Below, in pieces: positions 40,485-53,700 of a stretch of 64,000 bases of DNA (its first letter is position 1; each line of letters starts with the position of its first letter). The notes beneath the pieces were generated by a model that was given only the letters and a program-made list of their open reading frames with translations, ran no database searches and was not told the DNA's origin. Source of the DNA: Lingula anatina (taxonomy: Eukaryota > Animalia > Brachiopoda); NCBI GenBank assembly GCA_051362555.1, contig CM120641.1:28278401-28342400 (forward strand). Direction: 5' to 3'. The position numbers and the translations under genes were made by a program.

Positions 40485-41738
40485 ATGCAGGGGAAACGGC
40501 GAGGTATTCTGGTTGTCGTTGTAATGGTTGCTGTTGTATTGGTGCTTGCAATAGGGATTATTATTGGGCATTTTGCAGTTCCCAAAACCCAAAGCTATCA
40601 GCAATGGGCTGAAGATGAAAGCATATCGGAAAAGTTGATACAAGAAATGAAGGCAGAAAATATTGAAAGTTATCTCCGGTATGTAACAGTAAATTTTAGA
40701 ACTGTGAAAGATGCAAAATGTTACATGCAAGAGTTTAATTAAAATGTAATCTGATCAAAATATATCACAGCATTGTTATTTTTATTGTTTCATACTTGCT
40801 GAAGTCATCTGTGATGACTTATCTACAAATATCCATAGGTACTGTAAAGTATCATATATATGCATGAAAATTTTTCTATATTTCAATATTAATAAATTAA
40901 AATTAGCCACCTCTTTACCAAGGTAAATGAATGCTGGGAAGTTTCTTTTCTTCATACTCGCTTACTGTAAACAGTCATATAAATTGGTATGACTACAGTT
41001 GAATTGAACGAACATGTTTATGTTTTTGTATTCACATTTATGTGTCAAGGATTTCTTATCTATTTATATGTAACAGCTTAAATGGAAGTACAAGTCTGTT
41101 TGCTTGTCTGCTTTATCTGAGTGTGTATTTAGTTTTAGATTTATTGTGATGATTTTTTGAACAGCTTTCAAGAGGCTGGTTTTATTTGCTTTCTACAGCA
41201 ACTTTTTTTTCCAATTTTAGATATTTTTTCTTTAATCATTTGTCAACATTTTTTGTTTGACTGGGCTTATAATAATTTAATTCTTTTTTCATTTTGCCAG
41301 AGACCTAACTGCTCATCCCCATTTAGCAGGCACTGCTGCAGATCTTAGCACAGCTCAGAATTTGTCAGAATTCTGGAAACAGCAGAGTTTCTCACGTGTG
41401 TCTATAGTTCCATACAGGGTGCTGCTGTCTTACCCGGATAAGGAAAACCCTAATCTGGTCTATCTCTTGGACAGTAATGGACAGACATTGCACAGGACAC
41501 AAAAAATGGAAAAAATACTACGACCTGAGCAGAACCAGTCAGATGTTGTTCCGCCATTCCATGCCTACTCCAAGCCTGGAAGTGTTACCAGTGTAAGTTT
41601 GATAGAAAATGATATATGCTGAATGTCCCTATTACATTGTTAAAACATTGTTACCTCATTTCTCATTATATTTTAATAGACAAAACATAACAACAACAGT
41701 GTAATTGAAAGGCCAGATTCTGATTATGTATAAGAACA

Positions 41739-41770
<32 letters not shown>

Positions 41771-44700
41771 CAAATTAATAATAATTATAAAATTAATACT
41801 GATTTCAGAAAAAAATGTTTGGGAGGTATTAAAGCTGTGAAATTAATATGAAAGCATTCAGTAAAAATGATTTTGAACATTTAGAAATCCCCTCAGACAA
41901 TCATGAGATGAAAAATTACAAAGTAAAAAAATAAAAATTCTGAAATCCATTTGACACCAATGGCAGTCAAATTAATCTGGGTATGTTTGTTTCATTTTTC
42001 AGGAAAAGTTGATTTATGTCAACTATGGAAGAGTGGAAGATTTTATTTGGCTCAAAGAAAACAAGTCAATGAACTTTAACAACACCATTGTCATTGCAAG
42101 ATATGGGAAAATATTTAGAGGTGACAAAGTAAGTTGATATTTTGCTTCATATGTTGAAAACTTCACTTCAGTTAAGTTTTAAATGTAATTTTGTCTAAAA
42201 GTATTGATTGAGGGCACTGCATGCATATGTTGTTGCTCAACAGGCCCGTAGCCAGCAATTTCAAAAGGGGGGTTCTTTTTCTGAAAAAGTGGACCTTTTC
42301 CCATAAAAAACCTCATATACCTAGATCAAATTTTACCCAGAGTGGACCTTTTCCCAGCAAAAGGGGCAATTCTTTCGAACCCCCCGAACCCCCCCTGGCT
42401 ATGGGCCTGCTCTGTATAGTAGAAGCTGAATATGTTAATCCAGATCCCTGAAATTATATGCAGACAGGTATTAAAAGCAGCAGATATGTTTGAACTGTTT
42501 TTTTGACAGTTTTGATTATTTCCTATATAATAACATCTAATGCATATTTTTACACAATTTCTCTCAGGCCTTCTGCACCACCATGCAATGTCAGAAACCC
42601 TCTTGCTCTTTTTTAAAAAATTCTAAATCCAAATCCATGTAATAGGGACAGAGGTTCTGGAAATAAATGCAGATGAGGATTGTGACCTTCTAAAGGAGCC
42701 AAAACGTCTGTCAGCTGTGAATTCTGTGCTACATCCACCTGCTGCTGATAACTGTTTATGGCACATTCTATGCTGGCACACGTTCATAATAACCCCTGGA
42801 ACAGTTAACCATTAGTTCACAGGCAGATCCAGGGGAAGCTTTAAGGATCCCTGGCAGTATTAAAATCTCAGTCATTCCCAATTGGACTCATTATAATGTA
42901 TATAATGGGCCTAAGATTTCCAAAAGAAAAAAAATACTTTTTTTTGCAGTGGAAAACGTGAGGTTGCACATAGAAAAAATGAAAGAAAAAGTGTTTCTGC
43001 AATTCCTGATGTTTTGGATATGTAACACATACGCAGCTTGCACCTGCAGTAACTTTTGGTATTATGACTGGCTTCTTTATTTGCCAGTCTTGTTTGAATA
43101 TCAGATGTAAATATATACAGCTTTTTCTCACTCTGAAGATATCAATATCTGAAACCAAACACTTTGCATGGATTAAGCTACATTGTAAAAAATGAAGAAA
43201 GGGGCAATAAATCAGCCAGCATTTTAACTTTATTGTTATTTTTTTTACAGATAAGGCATACCTCAGGGGAGTGATCATCACATAGGTGTGGTCACATCCA
43301 AATGTCTTGCTTCATCTAGATTTACCTGAAGCCTAGCTTTTAAAAAAAGATTTAAGTTGGCAAAAAATAACCTGTATATGTAAAAAGGATAACAGCTGTT
43401 CAATTTGGCCAAAAAATGAATTTTCCTGGGTAAATGACTATTTTCCCATACTTACTAATTGTTAATGAATCCATTTCTAGATTCAAAGTTAGTCCCTGTT
43501 TTTTTTTTTTTTTTTTCTAGAAAGTTTTTTTTTTTGTAATAATCTCTTAAGAGATTATTACAGAGTATAGCCATCTATATGGAGGTCACGTGGTCCAATG
43601 ACAAGCACAGACTTCAGAAACTGATACAACTGTTGATTTTGTGGTAAAATAGAATTTATTATATTTCTGTGAGGAGTTTACAATGTATTTATTGTAAACT
43701 ATGGATCTCACACAAATAGTTGTTATCTCTTTTAATTTTAAAAAACATGCATTTAGAGGACTTCTTTGAGTAGAATTCTTGATCTTCAGTTCTGTAGCAG
43801 TCTTTCTTTCCACTCCTCTTGGTAAGGTATCAAATGCAGAAAACTTTGGTGCTAAAGGTATCCTCATCTACTCGGACCCTGCAGACTATGCCATTGACGG
43901 AGAGACCTCAGTCTACCCAGATTCTTGGTGGCTTCCAGGGACAGGTGTTCAGAGAGGCACTGTATACAATGGAGAGGGAGATCCCAGCACAGTCGGGTAT
44001 CCATCTTTGGGTAAGGATGGGTCAATCTTTTCATATCCCAGTTTTTTTTTAAATTTGAATAGTCAAAATTGGGAAGTGGCTTCTCCTTTTAACAGATTTC
44101 ATCCTTTTTAATATGTGATGGAAAGGAGGGTTTAGAAAATTCTGGATTAAAAATGTAAGAAATTCAAGGAAAAGGGGTGGGGTGAGCTCCTTTTTTGAGT
44201 CTTCAGTCTCATTCCATCCTTGTGAAGACCAAGACTGGTAGATAAGACAATATTTCCGCAATAGTTTTAATCAGATGGATTAATACTGCCCCAGTTTTGA
44301 AAATAAATTGCTTTTTCAAACTAGATGTTCAGATTCAAAGTCAATGATATTAATCACGTAAAAAATATTTGCAAATGGAATTTAATGATTTCTCTGAAAT
44401 GGATCTCTTGGGGAGATTTAAACGGGTAGTCAGATTGTATTTATTTTGAGGTGGGATATGAATTATTTACCTCTTCCACAGTGTGATATATTGATGACCA
44501 TTTCATGTTTTTCTTTTTCAGAAAGTTCATACCGAGACATATCTGACAGATCTGAATGGCCACTGCCAACCATATCATCTCACCCTATTGGATATAATGA
44601 TGCCATTCAGTTTCTTGGGTAATTTGTGCAGAGTTTGTCTTTGATGAATAATTTAAGACATTTTTAACAATGTCACTTTAAGATGTAATGAATAAATTGA

Positions 44701-47700
44701 AAATTAAAGAATGAGCAAAGAAAAAATGAGAGGATAACATATATAATGTTATATGTTCACAAATGTCCTAAAAGTTCTTCAGTGTGAAAAATAAAGAAAT
44801 TAAAATTGTTTATATGTCAATTTTAGTGAACAATTAAGGATGACTGGTAGTGTTAAGTATGCTGAACTTTGTAAAGTTGAGCGGTTTTCTCATCATGCTA
44901 CTTTATTATTACCACACTTATGTCATGTACCCTGTAGGGATTTCCCTTCTGTTAATTTGTTCTAGTATATAACAGTATCTGTATATTTCAGAAAAAGATT
45001 TGTTGCCCCAGGCCTTAAAGACAAAATGTTTGAGCAATAAATTTCTGGAAATGCTATAAGTGTACACTCACACAAGTGTAATCATGAAATCAGAACATGA
45101 TTTTTCTTTGCAAATGTCATTCTCAGTATTGAGTTGAAAGCACCATAATTAATTGTCTAGTGCAATGCCGTCTTATTTATGTTGAAATTTCCAATTTTTT
45201 TTTACCTGATTATATATGAACTTTGACCTTTACCTTTTCATATTTCTTGATTCATGTATAATTATAGCATAACAGAACATATAATAAGTCTGACCGAGAT
45301 ATGTTTATTGCCATCTTTGCTTTATTAAGGAACATGACTGGAGAAGTTGCTCCACCAGAGTGGCAAGGGAAACTATCAATTACATATAGACTTGGACCTG
45401 GGTTCAACAATGCTAGCTGGTATATAGTCTTTTTCTCTTCTTTTATATTTGACTTGTATATTTTTTGCAAGCATCAGTAGTGATTGTTCTTGGAAAAATC
45501 ACAAAATTAAAATTGATTCCCGAAAATGTACAATTAGACTTGGTAATTAGTAAGAGATATTGTTCCTATTTTATGTGTGCAATAATTGCGAGGAGTTTCT
45601 GAGGCTAGTTTGCTGTTAGAAAGTCTGTGATTTCTTAAAATTACAACAGAAATAGTTGTTAGCTGAAAATGTCATTTTATTAACATTTGTACTTTGATAA
45701 AACACAAAGTAAGTACGAATTCAAAATGCATATAGTTGAATATTATCATATGAATGATAATCATGTATGGTAAATCATTTACAAGTTTAAGATATTATTT
45801 TAAGTTTCAGCAGAGATTGGGGGGGGGGGGTGATAATCTCATCCCACATAAATCTTTTTATTGTGACAAATAAATTATATATTTATCCAGTATTTTTATA
45901 GGTACATGTATATATTAAATCATAGCAAACACAATGGGAGTGGCTGCTTGAGAATAAAACTAATTCAGAAAATTCAAATTGGAGTGTTTGTGGACTGATC
46001 ATGAGTTGTCACCAGATTGAGCCTGTGTCACAGTAGCTGGAACCAAAGTGCTGCACATTTATACTACGGCCACAACAACTGAAAAAAAATGTATTCTGTG
46101 TTTTGCATAAAGATTTTGAATATTATCTGCAGATCCAAGGCTTAGGTAAAGTTAAAATGCATATTTTGGAAATCACTGCAGGTAATAAACATTTCAATAT
46201 TTTATTGACTTTTGAATTTTTTCTTTTCTTTTTAATTTCCTTCTTTTCTCTACAGGAAGGTTCAAATGAACATTTCCACTCATGATCAGTACAGAACCAC
46301 CTATAATGTTTTTGGGTTTATTGAAGGCAGTGTTGAACCAGGTAAGTAATCTTGCATTAATACTAAAAATATTTATCCTCAAGAGAGGTATCATCCAAAT
46401 TTAACCATTAAAACCCATTAATTTATACTTATATACATTTTCTGGATGCAATTACCCATGTCTTCAGATGCAAAACCATGTACTTGCGTGTGAAATTATT
46501 GTGAATATGTATTTATTTGTCAGATACAAAATATTTCATATTAATTTAAGAACATCAGTACTATAAATATTGCTTCATTAAATTTTTTTTTTTTGGTTTC
46601 CAGACAGGTATGTTTTGATTGGTAACCATAGGGATGCATGGGTGTTTGGAGCAGCTGATCCATCTAGTGGAACAGCAGCCATGATGGAGATGTCAAGAGC
46701 TTTTGGTCAGATGGTCAAACAAGGTAAGGGGTTTTGCTAATTATTAGTACCACCAGCGTGTACGCTGGCGGTACTCATGGTTTTAGTCCCGACCCGTCTC
46801 GTCCGGCTCCGCCGGCTCCGCATACTGGTGCCGGATACAAGTCACCGTTACCGCTTCTCCTCCTAGACTGCAAGGACCCCTGTCCCCATCTCTTGGATTT
46901 AGGTCACATATAACCTCAACTTGAACCCCCAGGTTTTTTTGTCTCAGTCGGTGCATTGACCTGGGCGTGACGCTCCTTGAAGTGCACCCTTGTCAAAATT
47001 TTTGAAAATTCAATGCCAATTATCTACCCTACGGAAGGAATTATGGGAAAATTTTCTACAGACGGCTTTCCAAAAGTCATATGCGTAGATTTCAAATATG
47101 CCCTTGGATTTGACCTTTGACCTTTATTTCAAGGTCAAACGGGCCAATATTTTCAAAAAAATGAAATTTTTTACGAAAAAAATATTATTTGCACTGTTAT
47201 TCAGACACTACACAGACTTAACCAATAATTATATTGGAAAGTGTTACCCTTTGGGTCATCTTTCATCTCTGTGAATTTGGTGTCAATCGGTGCATTTTCA
47301 CGGGAGTAGCGGCCATAAAATACCGAAACTGAAAACTGTCTCTAATTCGGGAACCATTAATGCTAGCGACCCGTTCTTTTTTGCATTTTGTAGAGCATGT
47401 AAAGCCCAACACTGACAGTGGTCTGCGTTTTTTGTATTTCATACGGTTTTCGTGTTATGCTGTATTAAAAAGTACTTTGTGGTGGCACATTATTGTAACT
47501 CAGAATTGTAACATTTAGTCCCTTATATCTCCAAAACTGGCAGAGATAGGTCAATAGTTATTATTTAAGTTGAATAGGAAGTCATTTACTTGCAATCTAG
47601 ATGTGAGCTTGAAATTGACCTTTGACCTACTTTTCACCATGAACTGAACTTTGCAAATTATTGTTCCCTTTTATCTCCAAAACTGGCAGAGATAGGTCAA

Positions 47701-50700
47701 TAGTTACTATTGAACTTGAATAGGAAGTCACATACTGGCAATTTAACAGTGACCTTAAAATTGACCTTTGACCTACTTTTCACCATGAATTGAACTTTGC
47801 CAATTTTCGTTCCCTTTAATCTCCAAAACTGGCAGAGATAGGTCCATAGTCACTATTGAACTTGAATAGGAAGTCATATACTGACAATTTACAGTGACCT
47901 TAAATTTGACCTTTGACCTACTTTTTACCATGAACTGAACTTTTGCAAATTTTTGTTCCCTTTCATCTCCAAAACTGGCAAAGATACGCCCATAGTTACT
48001 ATTGAATTTGAATAGAAAGTCATTAGAGGCAATTTATTTTGACCTTGAAATTGACCTTTGACCTACTTTTCATCATGAATTGAACTTTGCAGATTTTCTT
48101 TCCCTTTTATCTCCAAAACTGGCAGAGATAGGTCCATAGTTACTATTGAACTTAAATAGGAAGTCATATACTGGCAATTTACTGTGACCTTTAAATTGAC
48201 CTTTGACCTTCCTTTTACTATGAACTGAACTTAGCAAATTTTCGTTCACCTTTATCTTCAAAACTGACAGAGATAGGTCCATAGTTACTATTGAACTTGA
48301 ATAGGAAGTACACTAGCAATCTGTGACCTTGAAATTGACCTTTGACCTACTTTTTATGATGAACTGCTTTTTGCATGTTTTCTGGCCTTTAAATCTGCAA
48401 AATTGGCAAAGAAATGCCCATGGTTGCTATTGAACTTGAATAGAAATTCATATACTATGATATTGAAATTGACCTTTGACCTACTTTTTCACCATGAACT
48501 GAGCTTTGCATATTTTCTTGCCTCTCATATCTTTAAATCTAGCAGAGATGTGCCCATTGTTTCCCCTAGGTTTTCTCTTTTGTCAGCATATATGTACCAT
48601 TGACAACACATTTCAAGGAAAACCAATAGGCCTTTTGTCTAGAGAATACAGTATACAGTGATCAAGGGTAGGAAAATGCAAGTCAATTCGAAAATCTGCT
48701 TGATTGTATCATTTTTGGTTACATTTTTTTGCTTATTTTGAGAACTCTTGTTGATTGCATCTTATAGAGCTTGTCAAACACCAGACTGGTGATGGTGTCC
48801 CTTTTAGGAGGGGGGGGGGGGGGGTCCATACGAATGCGCTTACTCCAGCTGGTGGTACAATATCTGGAGGCGGTATCGCCTCTCTGATCCTCTAGTTCTT
48901 ATAGACTATAATAACAAATGTGGAGGGTCTGTATTAAAAATTGCTTTGATTCATGGGAACCAGTTTTAGAGTAAGTTCAACACATTACTCATATTTTGAA
49001 TAAGAACAATAATATTTTGTGAAGGGCAACTGATATCCTTTAGAAAAGAAAATGGAGTACCTTATCTGAATCAATATCTTTAAAGCAAAGCAGCACAGAT
49101 TAATTGAGAAAAATTGTTTGCTACAGGATGGCGACCCAGACGTACACTGATATTTTGTAGTTGGGGAGCAGAGGAGTATGGTTTGATTGGATCCTGGGAG
49201 TGGGTGGAGGTATGTTAGTGTGGTTTGGTTGTCTCAAGGGAATAGTGGTAGGAATAAATGTGGAAACTTGTTTTCAGATCATTTCACCCAAACTTGTGTC
49301 TGCTTGAATCAAACTCAAATTCTCAAAGATTAAGATCTTTTCAGCCCTTTAATTGAAGTTGACTTTACTTTTATTATGTATTTCTTTGTACCATTCCAGA
49401 ACTTTGTGAAGAACCTCAATCAGCGAGCAGTGGCATATTTGAATGTTGACATTGCAGTACAAGGTCAGTGTGGTAGATTCACAGTGAAGACACTGATTAT
49501 TTTTATCATGGACCCACATGTAGAATTAGGGAAAAAAGAAAATTGTTGAAGTGCAGTTTACTGAGATGAACTAGATTTTTACAATACAATTTCACCATTC
49601 CAACAATTAGATAAAAACTAAATATGTTGATAAGCAAATTGAATGGAAAAACTATGAGTTACAGCCTAAGTTAAAACAAAATTATAGATATTTTGTTCTA
49701 TTCCAGGAAATTACTCAATGCGAGCTTCTTCTACACCCTCTTTACACAAGATTATATATGAATCCAGTAAAAAGGTACAATATAGTATGGTTTTCATGCT
49801 GATTTTTTTCTTTGTATTGAAAATAGCCAAATAATTCTAAAAAGTAAAGAAAGGAAGGAGAATAAACAAATTGTTTTGTTATACTGTATAAAAACAAAGA
49901 CTATCATTATGAGCTATGTCTGCAGGATTGTTATTCTACACCTCTATCACAGATACCAAACCCCAACCCAGAAGAAGTGAAATCAGACAGGCCCACTCTT
50001 TATGATACCTGGGTCAATTCTTTCCCCAGGAAAGGATCACAGCCAAAATTGCCATTGTGAGTATTAATATTGGCCCCAAAAGTTGAAAAAAAAAAAAAAA
50101 AAACAGACTTGACATTTAATATGGAATATTTTTTTCCAAATCTTTTTCATCAATTTTGTCCCATTTTTTTGACTGATAAATGAAAATAAGGATTAAAATC
50201 ATGTTTTAATAACTCTTTATAATCTCCTTGATGTCATTGTGATATCAGTTCTTTAAGGAGGGAATGTAGGTTTGAGATTTTCTCTTAAAATAAAGGTCTT
50301 GGCTTTTTTATTCCTGTCACATTCATTTAACGTATCTTCAAAATATCTAATTATGCTTGGAACACAGCTTTAACTTCATCGTGTGACGTAATATTGGGAT
50401 TTTGGGGACAAAAACACCATTTTTATACACCTGATTTTCTCAGGCACCTGGACAGCTATAAACTTGCTTTTGATGTCATTATGACACTTGAACAAAGTAC
50501 TACAGCATGGAGTCAGGGATTTTTCTTCAGACACTTATTGTTGATTTTATCTATAAAAACGTGAAATTACATCAAAATATTAGGGAATTTTCATTTTCAA
50601 AGTCTATAAATTAGAAAAGAGAGGATCAATCAAAATTTCTTAAAAAGCACTTTTAGAGCATACTGTTCATAATTAGCATGGTAAATTTGGTCTCCCTCAG

Positions 50701-53700
50701 GTGTACAGGTAGATAGTTAAAGCTTGTTAAGATAACGCTATCTCGTCAATATTGAAAGCAAAGAAAACGAGCAAAAACCCTTTCAGTGAAGTTAATTGTC
50801 CATATAAGCAAATAAAATTGTTGACAGCTTTACCTGTTATCGTTCTGACGATCGCGAAGATGGGTACTCTTTTGCCGGTTGAAATTAGCTTGTTTGCATG
50901 TATTCGGATGTCAGAAAATTTTTTTGTATCAATCTCACCTCCTGTTAGTAACTTCAAGGGGTTACCGCTAGCACTGCCAGAATGATTGACAGGCAATCAA
51001 GTAAGCCCTAATGACCCAAGCAATCAGTGGCCACGTCAATTGCCGTCGGGGCAAGTGTTAGGGATGCGCTCTAGGATGTGCACACAATAGCAGCATCGCA
51101 TGCGGTCTTGTCCACATTCGCCAAGCGAAAAATGGTTCGAAAACACGGTCGTGTTACAGGACGCCGATCGGACCACCAACAACAAGAAATAGACGCAACC
51201 AGAAAGGCTTTGTTAGAGGAAATGTCTAAAGTTGGGTGAGTCAGGAAAAATTCTGCGATAATTGTTGAAGAAAAAAAAAACACTATGTCGGCCTTTAAAG
51301 TGCGTACATGAATCCAGAACTGTACCTAGAATTGATGCTAAGGCTAATTCTCCAGCTCATAATTCGGAAAAATCAAAATGTTTATAATAAGCTCTTTCGT
51401 GATCTCAGCCTGATATAGTTCGCGCGGAGTCTAGCGATATCATTAGATTTATTTGCTTTACTTTCTTTAATGCACATGTATTGAACCTATGCGCCACCCA
51501 GTGAATAATTATGCTAGGGTGTGGGCTCAAGTCTTGTATTTACGCAAAACTTGTATGTTATTCCAGTATATTCCATACAGGTGACTTTAATAAGCAGAGA
51601 ATTTCTTTATATTCCGTGAAAAAATACACTAAATTTATATAAAATAATATCATGGTTGGCCAAAAAAATGTACGCACAGTGCATCCGTGCGTATGCCTAG
51701 TTACCCCCATGTATATTTTTAAAATCTAACACTAAACTGCATCGACCTGTTGGCGAAAATGGATAGAAAGAATGACGATTGTTGTCACGGGTAGCAAGCA
51801 ACGGAAATTTCTTCTTTTCTTTTGCGTATCTCAAAAAGTTAACAAGAAAATCGAAAGAACGCGTGTAACAACAAGCAATATTCAAGGGAGAACGAGTATT
51901 TCGAGCAAATCCAATGTGTCGGAAAAGATTCATCTTAGCGCTGATCACAATCAAGAGAGACTATCAAAACAGCTTAAGCGGAACAATAGGCACTGCTTTG
52001 CCGATCGCTGTTTATGACAAAGGGGGCATGGCGCATCCCTGTTCTATTGTTTCCCTAGACGTGTTGATGCTGCTAAGGTCCGCCCACCGAGTTTACCCAT
52101 GCCAACGGCCCTTGACAACGAAGGCGGGGCATATACCAGGCCACCGCTGTCGATGTGTGCAGCATCAGAATAATCAGAAAAAACAAATTTTTTGTTCAAA
52201 ATGTAAAAATTTTATTCTGTTAAACGTTAAATACACGTTTAACCAATAATTAGACATAAAAAACCAAAAATGGCTATTTTTAGCTATATTTGGGTACATC
52301 CGCTCCTTAATTGAATTTGCAAATGATCGAAGCAAACAAAAATACATTGCTGATTCTAAGGCATACAACAACCATTGGATTTCCATATTTTCCAAATAAT
52401 CATCTGTAAAAGTGTTACACACCTCAGAAAGAACCTTCATGTCAGTGTCTAATCACCACAATGGGCAGATGGTGCATCTAACCTCATCTGGCTGCTTTCA
52501 TGCAAGAAGGCAGTCCTTTGGATAGGTTTTTGGAGTTTAATCTGGAATACCATTCCAGGCATCGGTCAAAACTTGTCCAATTTGGTTCAGTTTTGTTGTA
52601 AGTAGTCCATTGATTTGGCAAGTTTTAACTTAGTTAAAAGGCCTACATGTACATGTACCCACACATTGTGTATGTGGTTCAAATCTGGTGATCTTGATGG
52701 CCAAGGTAGCTGCATGCTCATTCCTTTGGTTCTGTATGTTATCTGCAATTAAAAATGCTCTGTGTGAACAAGCACTTTCATCATGCAACCTAAATTTGAT
52801 CCTAAGGTGCCTCCTATCAAATGGTAGTTGAGTGGTTCCCAGGTTGTTCCCGTATTTGATGTGGTCCAGGTCTTCATAGATGACTACCATTGATGTTTTG
52901 GCACCAATGTGATATCTACTCCAAATGCTGATGCTGTCAATAACCCTAGTCACTCTCCACATGGCATATGCTCCATGGTAGGCTTCTTCAGGATGTATGT
53001 AAACTAAAGACTATTTTAATGGTACAGGTGAAATCTGACACAATAAAGAAAACAATGCGGTTTCAGTGTTCTACCCAGAGACAGCCATGGTCCTTAATTC
53101 GTTAGAAAAACAGACAACAATGTTTTGCTGTTTACAGTGGCTTTCTTACAGGTCATCTGGTATTCTGACCTGCTAAAACCAGTCTGGTGTTCGCTTTGAA
53201 AAAAATGCATTCTGGTAGTAATTTGCACATTTGGAATTTTGTGCGTAATGTGTGGTTTTTGTGTAGTTGCAGCAGTATATCCATTAGGACAGTGAATCCT
53301 GTATACTGGTGGTAAGGTTTCGATTCATTGGGTGTGGCTTCTGGGTAGGAACATCAATATGGGCATAACTCCGTAAAACTGTGGGGGTTGTTCTGTGTGA
53401 CACAATAATCAATGTCTGTCTTTTTCATGCCATTCTAGATTAACAATGTTGTAAAACACTGCTTAGCTCGTTTTATGTACTGCAAAACCAACTGTTTGAA
53501 GTTGAATGCAAATTTTTTAATTCTTCTGTGCAGATGTTGCTGACATATGGATACTTTTTGGACAGAACTATTCTTCATCAATGCCAAGCTTTGACCAGCC
53601 CAAAGGAGCACTACCCATCACTGCATACTACACAATGCAGCAGTGCTACAGCCATTGTAGTCAGTTAATTAGTAGTGAAACACCTGGCTACACACTTCTC

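Noticed and set aside
44521-44530. gaaagttcat at the exon 5 boundary matching the transposon TIR
   Set aside because: A 10-nt match is expected by chance in 64 kb.
51132-51235. Exon-like [18 protein letters not shown]... inside the TTAA element
   Set aside because: No recognisable transposase motif or continuing exons; cannot be supported as a gene.
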